A program made the position numbers and the translations under genes. This document shows, in pieces, positions 16,625-29,850 of a stretch of 64,000 nt of DNA; the first letter of the stretch is position 1, and each line of letters starts with the position of its first letter. Source of the DNA: the human T2T-CHM13v2.0 reference genome, Homo sapiens; assembly GCF_009914755.1 (NCBI RefSeq), contig NC_060947.1; one strand, written 5' to 3'. The notes beneath the pieces are model-generated. The model was not told the DNA's origin, did not search any database, and saw nothing but the letters and a program-made list of their open reading frames with translations.

Positions 16625-17994
16625 TTTAAAAAATGTATTTAGGTGAAATTCACATAACATAAGATTAATTATTTTAAAGTGAACAACTCAGTGGCATTTA
16701 GTATATTCACCATGTTGTGTGACTACCATCTCTATCCAGTTACAAATATTTCTACACTCCAAAATAAAACCCCATGCTCATTCAGCATTTTTTCTCCATT
16801 CTCTCCTCCCCCAGATCCTGGCAAACACCAATTTGCATTCTGTTTATATAGATTTACCTATTCTGTATATTTCATGTAAATAGAATCTTGTAATATGTGA
16901 TCGTTCATGCCTGGCTTCTTTCACTTAGCATGTTTTTGAGGTTTATCCACATTGGAACATAAATCAGTAAGTACTTCATTCCTTTTAATGGCTGAATAAT
17001 AATTCCTTGCATGTATGTACCACTATTTGTTTATCCATTCGTCCATTGATAGACATCTGTTTCCACCTTCTGGCTATTGTGAATAGTGCTGCTATAAGCA
17101 TGCATTTACATCTATTTGAGAACCTGTTTTCAATTCCTTTGTGTATATACCTAGGAGCAGAATTGTGGGGTCATATGGTAATTATATGTTTAACTTTTTA
17201 AGGAACTGCCAAACTGTTTTCCACAGTGGCTATATAATGTTACATTCCCACCAGCAATGTATAAGGATTCAAATTTCTCCACAGCCTCTCCCATATTTGT
17301 TAATTTCCATTAATTTTTTTCATTATAGCCCTCCTATGGGTATGAAGTGGTATCTCATTGAGGTTTTGATTTACATTTCCTTAATGACAAGGATGTTGAG
17401 CATATTTTCATGTACTTCTTGGCCATTTGTATATATTCTTTGGAGAAATGTTTATTCAAGTCCTTTACCCATTTTAAAATTGAGTTATTTGGCCCTTTTG
17501 TTATTGAGCTGTAAGGGTTCCTTATGTATTCTGAATACTAGATCCTTATTAGATATGTGATTTGCAAATATTTTCTCCCATTCTGTGGGTTGTCTTTTTC
17601 GATTTCTTGATAGTATCCTTTGACAAACAAGTTTTTAATTTTGAAGAAGTTCAATTTATCTACTTTTTCTTTTGTTGCTCATGCTTTTCGTGTCATCTAA
17701 AAATCCATTTTCTGAATCCAAGGACATGATGATTTACCCCTGTGTTTTCTTCTAATAGTTTTATGGTTTTAGCTCTTATATTTATTCAGGTCTTTGATCC
17801 ATTTTTAGTTAACTTTCATATATAGTGTAAGGTAGGAGTCCAACTTCATTCTTTTGCGTGTGGATATACAGTTGTCCCAGCATCATTTGTTGAAGAGTCT
17901 ATTATTTTCCCATTGAATGGTCATGGTACCCTTGTTGCAAATCAATTGACCATAGATGTATGTGTTTAGTTCTGTACTCTCTATTCTACTCCAC
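16625..17994 (-). mobile_element. L1MB-like 3' UTR and ORF2 end
   Basis: ggtgaaattcacataacataagattaa...gtggcatttagtatattcac 3' UTR, then antisense ORF2 C-terminal sequence. Confidence 0.85.
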
Positions 17995-20695
17995 TGTGGT
18001 TTTGATGTGCATTTCTCTGATGACTGCTGATGTTGAGCATGTTTTCATGTGTTTGTTGGCCACTCGTATGTCTTCTTTTGAGAAGTGTTTGTTTATGTCT
18101 TTTTCCCATTTAATAATGGGGTTATTTGTGTTTGCTTGTCAAATAGTTTATTTAAGTTCCCTATAGATTCTGGATATTAGACCTTTGTTGGATGCATAGT
18201 TTGCAAATATTTTCTCCCATTCTGTAGGTTTTCTGTTTACTCTGTTGATAGTTTCTTTTGCTGTGCAGAAGCTCTTAAGTTTAATTATGTGCCACTTGTC
18301 AATTATTGTTTTTATTGCAATTGCTTTTGAGGACTTAGTCATAAATTATTTGCCAAGGCCTATGTCCAGAAGGGTATTTCCTAGTTTATCTTCTAGGATT
18401 CTTATAGTTTGAGGTCTTACATTTCAATCTTTAATTCATCGTGAGTAATTTTTGTATATGGTATAAGGAAGGGATACAGTTTCAATCTTCTGCATATGGC
18501 TAGCCAGCTATTCCAGCACTATTTATTGAATAGGAAATCTTTTCCCAATTGCTTATTTTTGTTGACATTGTTGAAGATCAGATGAATGTAAGTGTGCAGA
18601 TTTATTCCTGGGTTCTCTATTCTGTTCCATTGGTCTATATGTCTGTTTTTGTACCAGTACCATGCTGTTTTGGTTACTTTGGCCTTATAGTATAGTACGA
18701 AGTCAGGTGATATAATGCCCCCAACTTTATTCTCTTTGCATAGGATTGCTTTGGCTACTTGTGCTCTTTTTTGGTTCCAAAATAATTTTAGAATAATTTT
18801 TTCCAATTCTGTGGAAAATGACATTGGTAGTTTGATAGGAATATTGTTAGATATGGTTTGACTGTTTTCCTACCCAAAATCTCATCTTGAATTGTAACCC
18901 CATATCCCCATGTGTCAAGGGCAGGACCAGGTGGAGGTAATTGAACCATGGGGGCAGTTTCCCCCATGCTGTTCTCGTGGTAGTGAGCAAGTCTCACGAG
19001 ATCTGATGGTTTTATAAGTGTCTGGCATTTCCCCTGCTTGCACTCATTCTCTCTCCTGCTGCCCTGTGAAGAGGTGTCTTTCGTCATGATTGTAAGTTTC
19101 CTGAGGCCTCCCCAGTCATGCGGAAGTGTGAGTCAATTAAACCTCTTTCTTTATAAATTACCCAGTCTTGGGTATTTCTTCATGACAGCATGAGAATGGA
19201 CTAATACAATGTTGAATCTGCAGATTGCTTTGGACAGGATGGCCTTTTTAATGATATTGATCCTTCCATTTCATAAATGTTTTTCCATTTGTTTGTCTCA
19301 TCTATGATTTCTTTCAGCAGTGTTTTGTAGTTCTCTTTGCAGAGATCTTTCACCCCTTTGGTTAGATGTATTCCTCAGTATTTTATTTTATTATGGCTAT
19401 TGTAAATGGGATTGCATTCTTGATTTGGCTCTCAGCTTGAATGTTATTGGTGTATAGAAATGCAACTAATTTTTATACATTGACTTTGTATCCTGAAATT
19501 TTACTGAAGTCATTTATCAGTGCCAGGAGCCTTTTGATGGAGTCTTTAGGGTTTTCTAGGTATAGAGTCATATCATCAGTAAAGAGAGATAGTTTGACTT
19601 CTTGTTTTCTTACTTGAATTCCTTTTATTTCTTTCTCTTGTCTGTTTGCCCTGGCTAGCACTTCCAGTACTATGTTGAATAGTAGTAATGAGAGTGGGCA
19701 TTTTTGTCTTGCTTCAGTTCTCAAAGGAAATGGTTCCAACTTTTGCCCATTCACTCTAATGCTGGCTGTGTTGTCATAGATGGCTCTCACTATTTTGAGG
19801 TATGTTCCTTCAATGCCTAGTTTCTTGAAGGTTTTTACCATAAAGGGATGTTGGATTTTATTGAAAGCTTTTTCTGCATCTATTGAGATAATCGGATCAT
19901 TTTCACTTTTAATTCTGTTTAATGTGGTGAATCAGATTTATTGATTTGTGTATGTTGAATCAACCTTGCATCCAAGAATGAATCCTTCTCGATCACAGTG
20001 AATTAACTTTTTGATGTGCTGCTGGATTCAGTTTGCTAGTGTTTTGTTGAAAACTTTTGTGTCTTTGTCTGTCAGGGATATTGTCCTGTAGTTATTTTTA
20101 TTGTGTTTTTGCCAAGCTTTGTTGTCACAGTGATGCTGGTTTCATAAAGTGAGTTAGGGAGGAGTCCCTCATCCTTAATTTTTTGGAATAATTTCAATAG
20201 AATTGGTACCACATTTTATTTGTATATCTGATAGAATTTGGCTTTGAATCCATCCATTCCATGACTTTTTTGATTGGTATCACTTTTTTTTATTACTGAT
20301 TCAATTTTGAAACTCAATATTGGGTCTGTTTATGACTTCAGTTTCTTCCTGTTTCAATTTTTGGAGACTATGTGTTGCTAGGAATTTATCCATTTCCTCT
20401 AGATTTTCTAGTTTGTGTATGTATAGAAGTGTTCACAATAGTCTTTGAGGATCTTTTCCATTTCAGTTGTAATATAACCTTTGTTGTTTCTAATCATGCT
20501 TATTTGGATCTTCTCTCTCTTTTCTTTTTAAATCTATCTAGCTATCTATTGATCTTGTGTATCCTTTCAAAAAAACAACTTTTGATTTCCTTGATTCTTT
20601 GTATGAATTTTTGGGTCTCAATTTCATTCAGTTCTGCTCTGGTTTTGGTTATTTCTTCTGCTAGCTTTGGGGTTAGTTTGTTCTTGCTTTTTTAG
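17995..20695 (-). mobile_element. L1P (old L1PA/L1PB-like) ORF2 fragment
   Basis: Minus-strand ORFs 18519-18824 ([26 protein letters not shown]) and 19473-19841 ([21 protein letters not shown]) are ORF2p RT and C-terminal remnants. Confidence 0.9.
18849..19208 (+). mobile_element. THE1C-like solo LTR inside L1
   Basis: gatatggtttgactg...ggaccaggtggaggtaattgaa...tctggcatttcccctgc...gactaataca; TSD ttgtt/atgtt. Confidence 0.9.
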
Positions 20696-21528
20696 TGAGG
20701 GAAGAGATTTAATACAGTGTTTTATGTTGCAGAGAGTTCATGAAATAAATATGAAAAGCAATCAATAGACTTGGAAGTCATGAGGCCACTTGTGACCTCA
20801 GACAGGATAGTCTGCATAGACTGTGGAAGGTAAAACCTGGCTAGAGTGGGTTGAAGAATGTACTGGGAGTAAGAAGAGGGCAACAGAAATCTAGAATGTT
20901 GTTTTTTAGTATCTTGGCAACAAAAAGAAGGGAAAAGATAGGGCTAGTGCAGGAAGATAAAATATAGTGTTATTGGATAATTTAGAGGCTACGGAAATTA
21001 CCTCAAAGAGAAGAGAAGTTGAAAATATAAAAAAGAGTGATAAATGAGTGGGATGAGGCCTTGGATATGCAGGAGATAAGGGAGGATGTGGAAGGAGTTT
21101 CCTTGAATAGGAGAAAGAACAGCCTCCAGAGCCTACTTTCTTCTTCTTTAGCATAAATGACCAAACTTGAAGGTAAGTGCAGATAAAAATGACTCATAGC
21201 TATGAGGAAAAATTATGGAAGTTCAAAACCCGATAGCCATGGTATTCTTGGTGAAATAGGAAGTAAGGTCATGTGCACTGAGAGGATGACATCGATGGGA
21301 TGGAGGACTTGAAGTTAGTGGAGACTTGCAGCAGCCATTGAGAAAAATGAGAGGGGATGCAAGTCAAAGATACCAAATTAATGAGGGCTATTGAGGAGCC
21401 AAGAGATGCTGAAGATTATAAATGGGTGGTGGCACTAATCCATTCAAAGATTTGATTTTCTGCAGCAGCATTCAGCAGCACAAGGTTTGAGCAACAAAGG
21501 CAGATGGTAGGATTAATCTAAAATTTCA

Positions 21529-22068
<540 letters not shown>

Positions 22069-22076
22069 TTAGAATA

Positions 22077-22413
22077 CAGCCATGCACTGAATAATGACAT
22101 TTCAGTCAATGATGGACCACATGTACAATGGTGGTCTCATAATATTATAATACTGTATTTTTACTGTACCTTTTCTATGTTTGGATATACAGATGCTTAC
22201 TATTGTCTTACAATTGCCTACAGAATTCAGTACAGTAACATGCTGTACAGGTTTGTAGCCCAGGAGCTATAGGCTATACCATATAGCCTAGGTATGTAGT
22301 AGGCTCTACCACCTAGATTTGTGTAAGTGCACTCTATGGTGCTTTCACATGACAAAATCACCTAACAATGTATTTTTCAGAATGTATCCCCTTTGTTAAG
22401 CAATGCATGACTG
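22077..22413. mobile_element. Tigger3a (MER7A) MITE
   Basis: ta|cagccatgcactgaataatgac...gttaagcaatgcatgactg TIRs; internal cagtacagtaacatgctgtacaggtttgtagcc. Confidence 0.88.
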
Positions 22414-22539
22414 TGTGAGTTCAGAGGTGGAGTTATTCTAAGTGATATCAAGGCCTAGGTTATGACAATCAGTGGGTCAAGGAGGTAGTTACAAATGAAG
22501 ACTGTTGGTGTTGAAGATGTTTTTTTTAAAAAAAGCCAT

Positions 22540-22760
22540 GAGACCATCCTGGCTAACACGATGAAATCCTGTCTCTACTAAAAATACAAAAAGAATTAGC
22601 CAGGCTTGGTGGCGGGCACCTGTAGTTCCAGCTACTCAGGAGGCTAAGGCAGGAGAATGGCGTGAACCTGGGAGGCAGAGCTTGCAGCGAGCCGAGATCA
22701 CGCCACTGCACTCCAGCCTGGGTGACAGAGCGAGACTCTGTAAAAAAAAAAAAAAAAAAA
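22540..22760 (+). mobile_element. 5'-truncated AluY
   Basis: accatcctggctaacacg and gaatggcgtgaacc...gagcttgcag diagnostics; poly(A); TSD aaaaaagccatgag/aaaaaagctgtgag. Confidence 0.92.
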
Positions 22761-23229
22761 AAGCTGTGAGCCAGAGTTCTGGAAGACTTCATGTGGATAT
22801 AGTTGCTGCCCAGCATGAAGGCAGTACATGAGGAGAAGAAACAGTGAGTTTGTATCCAAGCCATTAACGAGTACAGGGGGGAAAGGTGGGAGGTTCAAAG
22901 ACAAAATTAAGAGGTATGGAAGGAAGTATATATTGTTGGCACAAGTCTTAATAAAAGAAGGTTTTTTGCCCCAGGACAGAGGAGTAATCATCTGCCAATT
23001 GTAATGGCGAGCTAGGAGACCATGCAGTCCACAGCTCGTGATACATGGGTGTAGAAGAATCAGCCTCTTCCATAGAGGTTGCAGCAGTTATTGTGCTCTG
23101 GGGAGAGCCTGGAGATGGAGTTTTGTGAAATGGTTGAGGATATAAGTCAGGTTATTTACAGTGGAATGGGGGTCTCTGAGGAGGGAAGTCAGCAGTGTGA
23201 GAAACATCCGAGTGGAATGAAAATAATGA

Positions 23230-23428
23230 ATGATAATAATGCATGTCCAGCACCATGCCAAGGGTGTGAGATATTTATTTTATTTAATCATTACACTAAT
23301 TCTGCAATGTAGGTGCTATCTGTCTTTTGCATATTAATAAACTGACACTGAGAGCATTTAGAAACTCCTCTAAAGTGGTGTATCTAAAAAGTGACTGAGT
23401 TCAAGACCTGGTCTCTTAACCACTAACC
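23230..23428 (-). mobile_element. MIR
   Basis: tttaatcattacactaattctgcaatgtaggtgctat...aaactgacactgagag...ctcttaaccacta core. Confidence 0.65.
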
Positions 23429-24027
23429 CAGATTGGAATGAGAGGATGCAAGAGGAGAAGGTGCCATGGAGCTACCATTTTGGGAAAGGGCCTCTGATGA
23501 CAGGATGGGAGACATCATGGATCTAACCAACTGTAAGAACCTAGGCATGTGTTTATTGGATCTGCTGGATGGCAGAAGCCCCTGATCAGAATCAGCTGCC
23601 TATCCTGAGAGTTCCAGATGGAATGTGTTTGGAGGAACATATTCAAGGCTTCTCACAAATGGCTCTAATCCTTCCTATATTTAAGCATTCAGTTCACAAA
23701 GACTCCTCAAGAAGAATATCCAGAGAAGCTCTTGTTGGCCAAGGCTCTCTATTGGGAAGTATACTTGGGAATTGCTTATCAAAGGTAATCCCTGCTCCAT
23801 GTCATCAATGGGATGTTAGAAGTGTCTTTTTTATCATGGCTTTTGACAAAGCCAGGAATTCAGTACTAAGTAAATAGAGATAATCAAGGATCTGCTCTCC
23901 AAGCTCTGGAATTAGCAACAACAGGACTGAAGAGACAAGGAGTGATTCTTCGGGTTATTTTCTCTCCCTTTCTCCTACCACTAGTTGTGTCCCTCCCATA
24001 GCCTTCTGCTTTCTAGGTTTTGCCAGC

Positions 24028-24452
24028 TGTGGTGAGAGATTTGCTGATACTCATTCAGATTCCTTTGGATTGCTCTTACTGTTTCTGCACATTTTGGTGT
24101 GCTTTTGCTTCCAATGGCCACATGTGAGACTCTTCTGATGACTGCTGTCTTTGCCTGGGACAGCCTTTAGCCAGTGACTGGTGAGTGTGGCAATATGAAA
24201 GCTCAGCTTCCTTGCCTGATGTTGGGTCAACTTGAAGTCATAACCTATATGCCAAAGTTCCCCTAAGGGATTAGGATGAATCTACCTTCTGTGAGGCCTT
24301 GCCTGAAACTGTCCCCTGGTTTGGCTTCTTCCTCTTCTCTGTCCTGCTTCCCCACTCTCTTCCTAGTCTCTCCTGGAAGCACTTTTTAAATAAACCACGG
24401 GTACATGAATACTCAACTTAGGGCATGCTTCTGGAGAATTCAGCCTAAAACA
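24028..24452 (+). mobile_element. LTR16-family ERVL LTR
   Basis: Ends tcctggaagcactttttaaataaaccac...gcttctggagaattcagcctaaaaca, the LTR16 3' terminus. Confidence 0.7.
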
Positions 24453-24694
24453 GGCCATCAGGTAACTATTAAAGAGAAGTTCTTCTAGATAAAAATTTTG
24501 AGGATAAAGTTGAAAATGTAACTTTTTAAAACAAAAACATGTGACCAACCATTTAGGTACTAAGAGAAAGTATGGATGCATTACTTCATAATATGGGAGT
24601 GGGAAAAGCATTTCTTACTATTACTTAAAATCAAGAAGCAATGACAAGAAAAGATTAATAAATTCAACTACATAAAAGTGAAAATAAAGTTTGC

Positions 24695-25040
24695 TTGAAG
24701 TAGAATGGTGATTTACAGGGGCTGAGGGGATAGGGAAATGGGGAGATGTTGGCCGAAGGGTACAAAGTTTCAGTTATGCATGATGGAAATCTAACGTATA
24801 GCAATGTGACTACAGTTAATAATATTGTATTGCATACTTGAAATTTGCTAAGAGGGTAAATCCTAAGTGTTTTTACCAAAAGAGAAAAAAAAGAAACTAT
24901 GTGAGGTGATAGATGTACTAATTGGCTTAAGAGTCATGATCATTTCACAATGTATATGTAGATCAAAACATCAAGTTGTACACTTTTAACATATACTATT
25001 TTATTTGTCAATTACACCTCAATAAAGCTGGGAAAAAATA
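24695..25040 (+). mobile_element. L1MA9-like 3' end
   Basis: gtagaatggtgatttacagggg...gggtacaaagtttcagttatgc...tcaattacacctcaataaagctgggaaaaaa. Confidence 0.8.
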
Positions 25041-25977
25041 CTTGAAAAAACACCATAAGTAAAGTTTAAAAAGTGACAAAGTAAAATGAAAGGTATTTGC
25101 AACATATAGGGCTAATCTCCCTGATAAAGACCCATGTACAAATATAATTTATCAAAAAAATTTAAAAACTGAGAGGAAAAATACCAAAGGCCTAATCAAA
25201 AAATGATTTAAAAAGACACAGGAAAGTGAAACGGATCTTAAACATATGAAAATATGCTGAAAAGCACTTATAATACAAATACAAATTATCACTGCTCAAA
25301 GATATTTTATACATATCAACTTGACAAAAATGACATGCTTGACAAAACATGCTTCTTGACAAAGTATTCTATTTTATACTTATCAGATTGGCAAAAATGA
25401 AATGCTTGACAAAACATGCTGTTGGCAGGGCTGTGCAGAAACATATGCTCTCATGTATTGCTAGTGGGCAGTGCAAAATGGCACAGGCCCTTAGGAGGGG
25501 AATTTGGCAATAGCTGATGAAATTAAACATGTATTTATTCTTTTACTAAGCAGTACTGAAAATACACCTACACAAAAGTAAAACAATATATGTATAAATT
25601 TATTAGTCATGCATTATTCATAATAGCAGAAAGTTGAAAGCAATGCAAAATCTGTTCATGTGAACTGGTTGAATGAACCATCCACATAATGGAGTACTAT
25701 GCAGCCATAAAGAAAGAATTAGGGCAATCTCTATGAGTGGATATGGAGCAATTTCTAAAATGTATTAAGTTTTTGGGACAAATATTATCATGAGCCTCCT
25801 AATATATATGATACACTAAAAACGGGACATTACTTAAGTAGCAAACCTGCCAAAAATTCTAACTTGAATTTGTCTGATGAAGAAACATCAATCTACAAAA
25901 CAAGTTGAAAGACAATCTACAAAACAGCTGGCCTATACACTGCAATGTGGCACGGTGATAAACAACAAGAAATGCTG

Positions 25978-26730
25978 TTTAGAGGTTCCTCAAAAAGCCT
26001 AAAAATAGAGCCACCATATGATCCAGCAATCTCCCTGCAGCTATATACCCCAAAGAAAGGAAATCACTGTATTGCAGAGATGTTGCACTCCCATGTTTAT
26101 TGTAGCATTAATCACAATAGCCAAGATTTTGAAACAACCTAAGTGTTCATCAACAGATGAATGGATAAAGAAAATGTGGTACAGATACACAATGGAGTAC
26201 TATTCAGCCATACAAAAGAATGAGACTCCGTCATTTGCAACAACATGGATGCAACTGGAGGTCACTATGTTACTTGAAATAAACCAGGCACAGAATGACA
26301 AACATCACATGTTCTCACTTACTTATGAGAACAGAGAATTAAAACAATTGAGCCCATAGAAATAGAAGGTAGAAGGATGATGACCACAGGCTTTGAAGGG
26401 TAGTGGTGGGGAATGGGGAATGGGTGCAAAAAATAATTAGAAAGAATGAATAAGATCTATTATTTGATAGCACAACAGGGTGACTACAGTCAATAATAAC
26501 TTAATTATAGATTTTAAAATAACTAAAAGAGTATAATTGGTTGTAACACAAAGGACAAATGCTTGAGGTAATGAATACCCCATTTACCTCTGATGTGATT
26601 ATTATACATTGAATGCCTGTATCAAAATATTTCATATACCCCATATACACCTGCTGTGTACCCACAAAAATTACAAATTAAAAAATAAACAAAAAAGAAA
26701 GAGAAGCTTTAAAAAGAAAAAAGAAAAGAG
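25978..26730 (+). mobile_element. 5'-truncated L1MA (MA3-MA5-like) with TSD
   Basis: ORF 26018-26359 resembles the ORF2p C-terminus (TPMFIVALITIAK, DEWIKKMWY); A-rich tail; perfect 13-bp TSD acaagaaatgctg at 25965-25977 and 26731-26743. Confidence 0.88.
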
Positions 26731-27048
26731 ACAAGAAATGCTGAGGAGCTTTTCAGATTAAAGGAGACTGGGCAAACATGACAACCAAATGCAATGCATG
26801 ACCCTGAATCAAATTCAGGATTAGGAAAAACAAAATAACTATGAAGGTCAGTACTGGAACAATGATAAGATTTGGGTAAGTGGTGTGGATTAAACAACAG
26901 CATTGTAGCAATGTTAATTTCCCGATTTTGATTATTGTGGTGTGATTATTTAAGAGAATGTCCTTGTTCTTAGAAAATACACACTCAAGTGTGTTGTGAA
27001 GAGGTTTGATATTGTCAACTTATTTTCATTTGAGAGTATTTAGTTCAG

Positions 27049-27051
<3 letters not shown>

Positions 27052-27085
<34 letters not shown>
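27052..27085. repeat. (TA)n microsatellite
   Basis: About 17 uninterrupted AT units. Confidence 0.95.
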
Positions 27086-27088
<3 letters not shown>

Positions 27089-29764
27089 GAGAGAAAGAGA
27101 GACAGAAAGAAAATAAAACAGATGGGGCAAAATGCGAACAATTGGTGAATCCGGGTAAAGAGTATAGGAAAGATCCTTACACTATTCTTAGACTTTGAAA
27201 TTATCCCACCTTCTCAGCTTGTGCAACATTTGAGGAGCAAACCAAATGGAAGGTGCACAAATATTATCCTGGGTGGAGGGTGCAAGACAATTAGAAGACA
27301 AAAAGGGGCTCGGTCTCGAATAACCAAATTAATCCTGAGAATATATTGTTCACAAAATCAAAATGTTTCTAGTTTTTTCCATTAAATATCACAAGTACTT
27401 TAAGTGTACAAAACAAATGGATGGTGTTTTAGATGTGGAATAAATACTAAGACCAGGTAAGAAGCCACAGCCTAGCTTGGGTTTACTGGTCTCTGGAATG
27501 GGGTGGAGACTGGTTCCTATGCCAGGCTGTGGAGGCAGATCCCCTGTCCATAGAGAGGTCAGACCCTGAACGAGAAAGAAAAGAGAAAGTACCAGTGAGG
27601 CAGCAGGCAGGGGTATTCCTTCTCCTGAATAAAACGGAGTAAGGGCATAGGAGGCCACATAGCCCACTCACTTGGGCCAGCAGCATCAGGCTTTTGGAGC
27701 CACCTCATTAACACATCATTAAGAAGAGCAGTATATTCTACGTAAGTGAGTGTTTCCCGGAAAAATGGATTATTTCTGTCCCCTTCAAATTCATGAATGC
27801 TGCCCAGAAAGCCCCAGGTTTCCTGTAATATCTATTAAAAATTCCAGTTATTCCAGCAACAATGTCCAGTCACCACTATTTCCACTAAGAGAAATAAAAT
27901 AGTAACACTAAATTATACTGGTTCTTTCTTTGATGATGTACCCAGTGGAGAGAAGGTGTAATATTGGATTGAATCTGCAATCTCTCAGGATCATTACTAA
28001 AATACCTGATAGACTCTTAAAAAAATTGTAATATGTCTCTTTCTCTTAAAACTAAAATGCAAGAAAACCATTTCAATTATTAGAGTTTGGGGTTTTTTCC
28101 TTTTAAAAATATTAAAACTAAGAGAGTTTATTGTAATAGGGAATATGAGATGAGGTTGGCTTTGATTCTTGAACTGTTGTTTCTTTAGGGCCATAAAGCT
28201 ACTTTTATTTCAGAGTATCTTGTATTTCATAGGAAGGAAGGAAACTGATATTTCTTGGATGCCTACTATGTGCCAGGTATTGTGCCATTTCATTTAATCC
28301 AGGGTTCAGCTCATTCCAAACTTGGGGAAAAGAGAGAGAGAAAACACTAAAAGATTTTTATTAGAAAGGAATAATCTTGGTGCCATTTTTTTTCCTGTGA
28401 ATACAAATTCTGGACTTACATATTCAAATATGTTTTCATGCATCTTCCCAGGCATCTAAGTATTCATGCTGCCCTTGGTTGTTTTGGTCAATAAGAACTT
28501 CTTACTGCAGCTATTTCCGCTTTCTTTCATTTCATCATGGTTGCTTCTTTTTCCAGAATAGAATACTTATAATATTATATCAGTGAGGCTGATTGTGTCA
28601 TATTTTCTCCTTTTCATTTAAAGACAGAAGAAAAGCACTGAAGAAAATTTGGCAAAATTATTTGGGAAGAAAACACTTAAAATCTCCGTCTTCCAACAGC
28701 AATTATTTTCAGTTTTGTGTAGTGCCTTTCAGTCTTTGTTCCTTGTCATACATTTTCACATCATTGCAATAAAAGCATATGTGCAGTTGAGGGCCTTTTA
28801 CTTACCTTCTAAATATTTTATCATAAAGATATATATATTTTTCAATATTATAACTCTTAAAGGCTGATAGCATTCCATTAAGTGGGTATACCATAATTTC
28901 TTTGAGGGTAACCCTACTGTTGAGTAGCTAGACTGTTTCCTATTTTTCAACATTGGGCAAACTGTGTCAAAACTATTAGTCAAAACTATTCCTATTAGTA
29001 CTTTTATGTTTGACATTAGTACTTTTACAGCAGGTGACTCCTCTTGTCAAATTGCTCTTTAAAAGTACTGTATTCAAATGACATCTCACCAGCATTGAAT
29101 ATGTTCCAGAGCTGCCACAATCTCCTCAGCTCTCTTCTAGTACTTAATTATTTCAATCATATTACTCTTTGGTTCATTTGATAGATAAAACATGGTATCA
29201 GTTAGTAACCTATAATATCTCCTATTTGATTTTTATTTGCATAGCTTCAATTTCAGTCAAGGTTGAACATTTCATCTTATGTATATCTATTAAAGGAGTA
29301 AATTTTTGTGTGAATTTTCTCTTTTCCCCATTTACCTATTGATTGTTTTTATAACTGCTAAGTCCATTCCACATTTAAAAGTGCAGGCCCAACATCAATA
29401 CCAGTGTGTCTTTCTTTAAATATCTAGCCCCTACTTCTGTCTCTTTCGGGAGGCACATTGCTTCTTCCCATCTTTAGAACTACATTGAAAGCTGTAGGCT
29501 GAAAGAATAAATAAAAGTCTCCTTTTCTCTTCCAAGTTTTAAGCAAAGAACTCTAGTAGACCCTTCTACTGTGAAACACACTTCTGGCCAAACCACTGGA
29601 GGAATCACCCTGAGACCCAGAATAATGTCCCTATTAATAGCATCTTGGTATATCTTAGGTGAAAGGGGTCCCACATTCATAAAACCAACAAACAGTCCCA
29701 ATATATAAAATTAAAAGCTGAACTTAGCTCCCAGGTTTAAATTCACCTCCTCTTTCTTCCCTTC

Positions 29765-29850
29765 CATAAATATTTGTTGAACATCTACTATGTGATAGGC
29801 ACTGCATCAAGTGCTGGGGATAGAGGGACAAATAAGACAGTCCCTGCCAA
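29765..29850 (-). mobile_element. L2 3' end fragment
   Basis: aaatatttgttgaacatctactatgtgataggcactg...gctggggatag...agacagtccctgcc. Confidence 0.75.

Larger units (their letters stand above)
24560..27210 (+). mobile_element. Old L1ME/L1MC 3' region hosting two L1MA 3' fragments
   Basis: cataatggagtactatgcagccataaa; cagattaaaggagactgggcaaacatgacaaccaaatgcaatgcatga 3' UTR motif. Confidence 0.7.
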
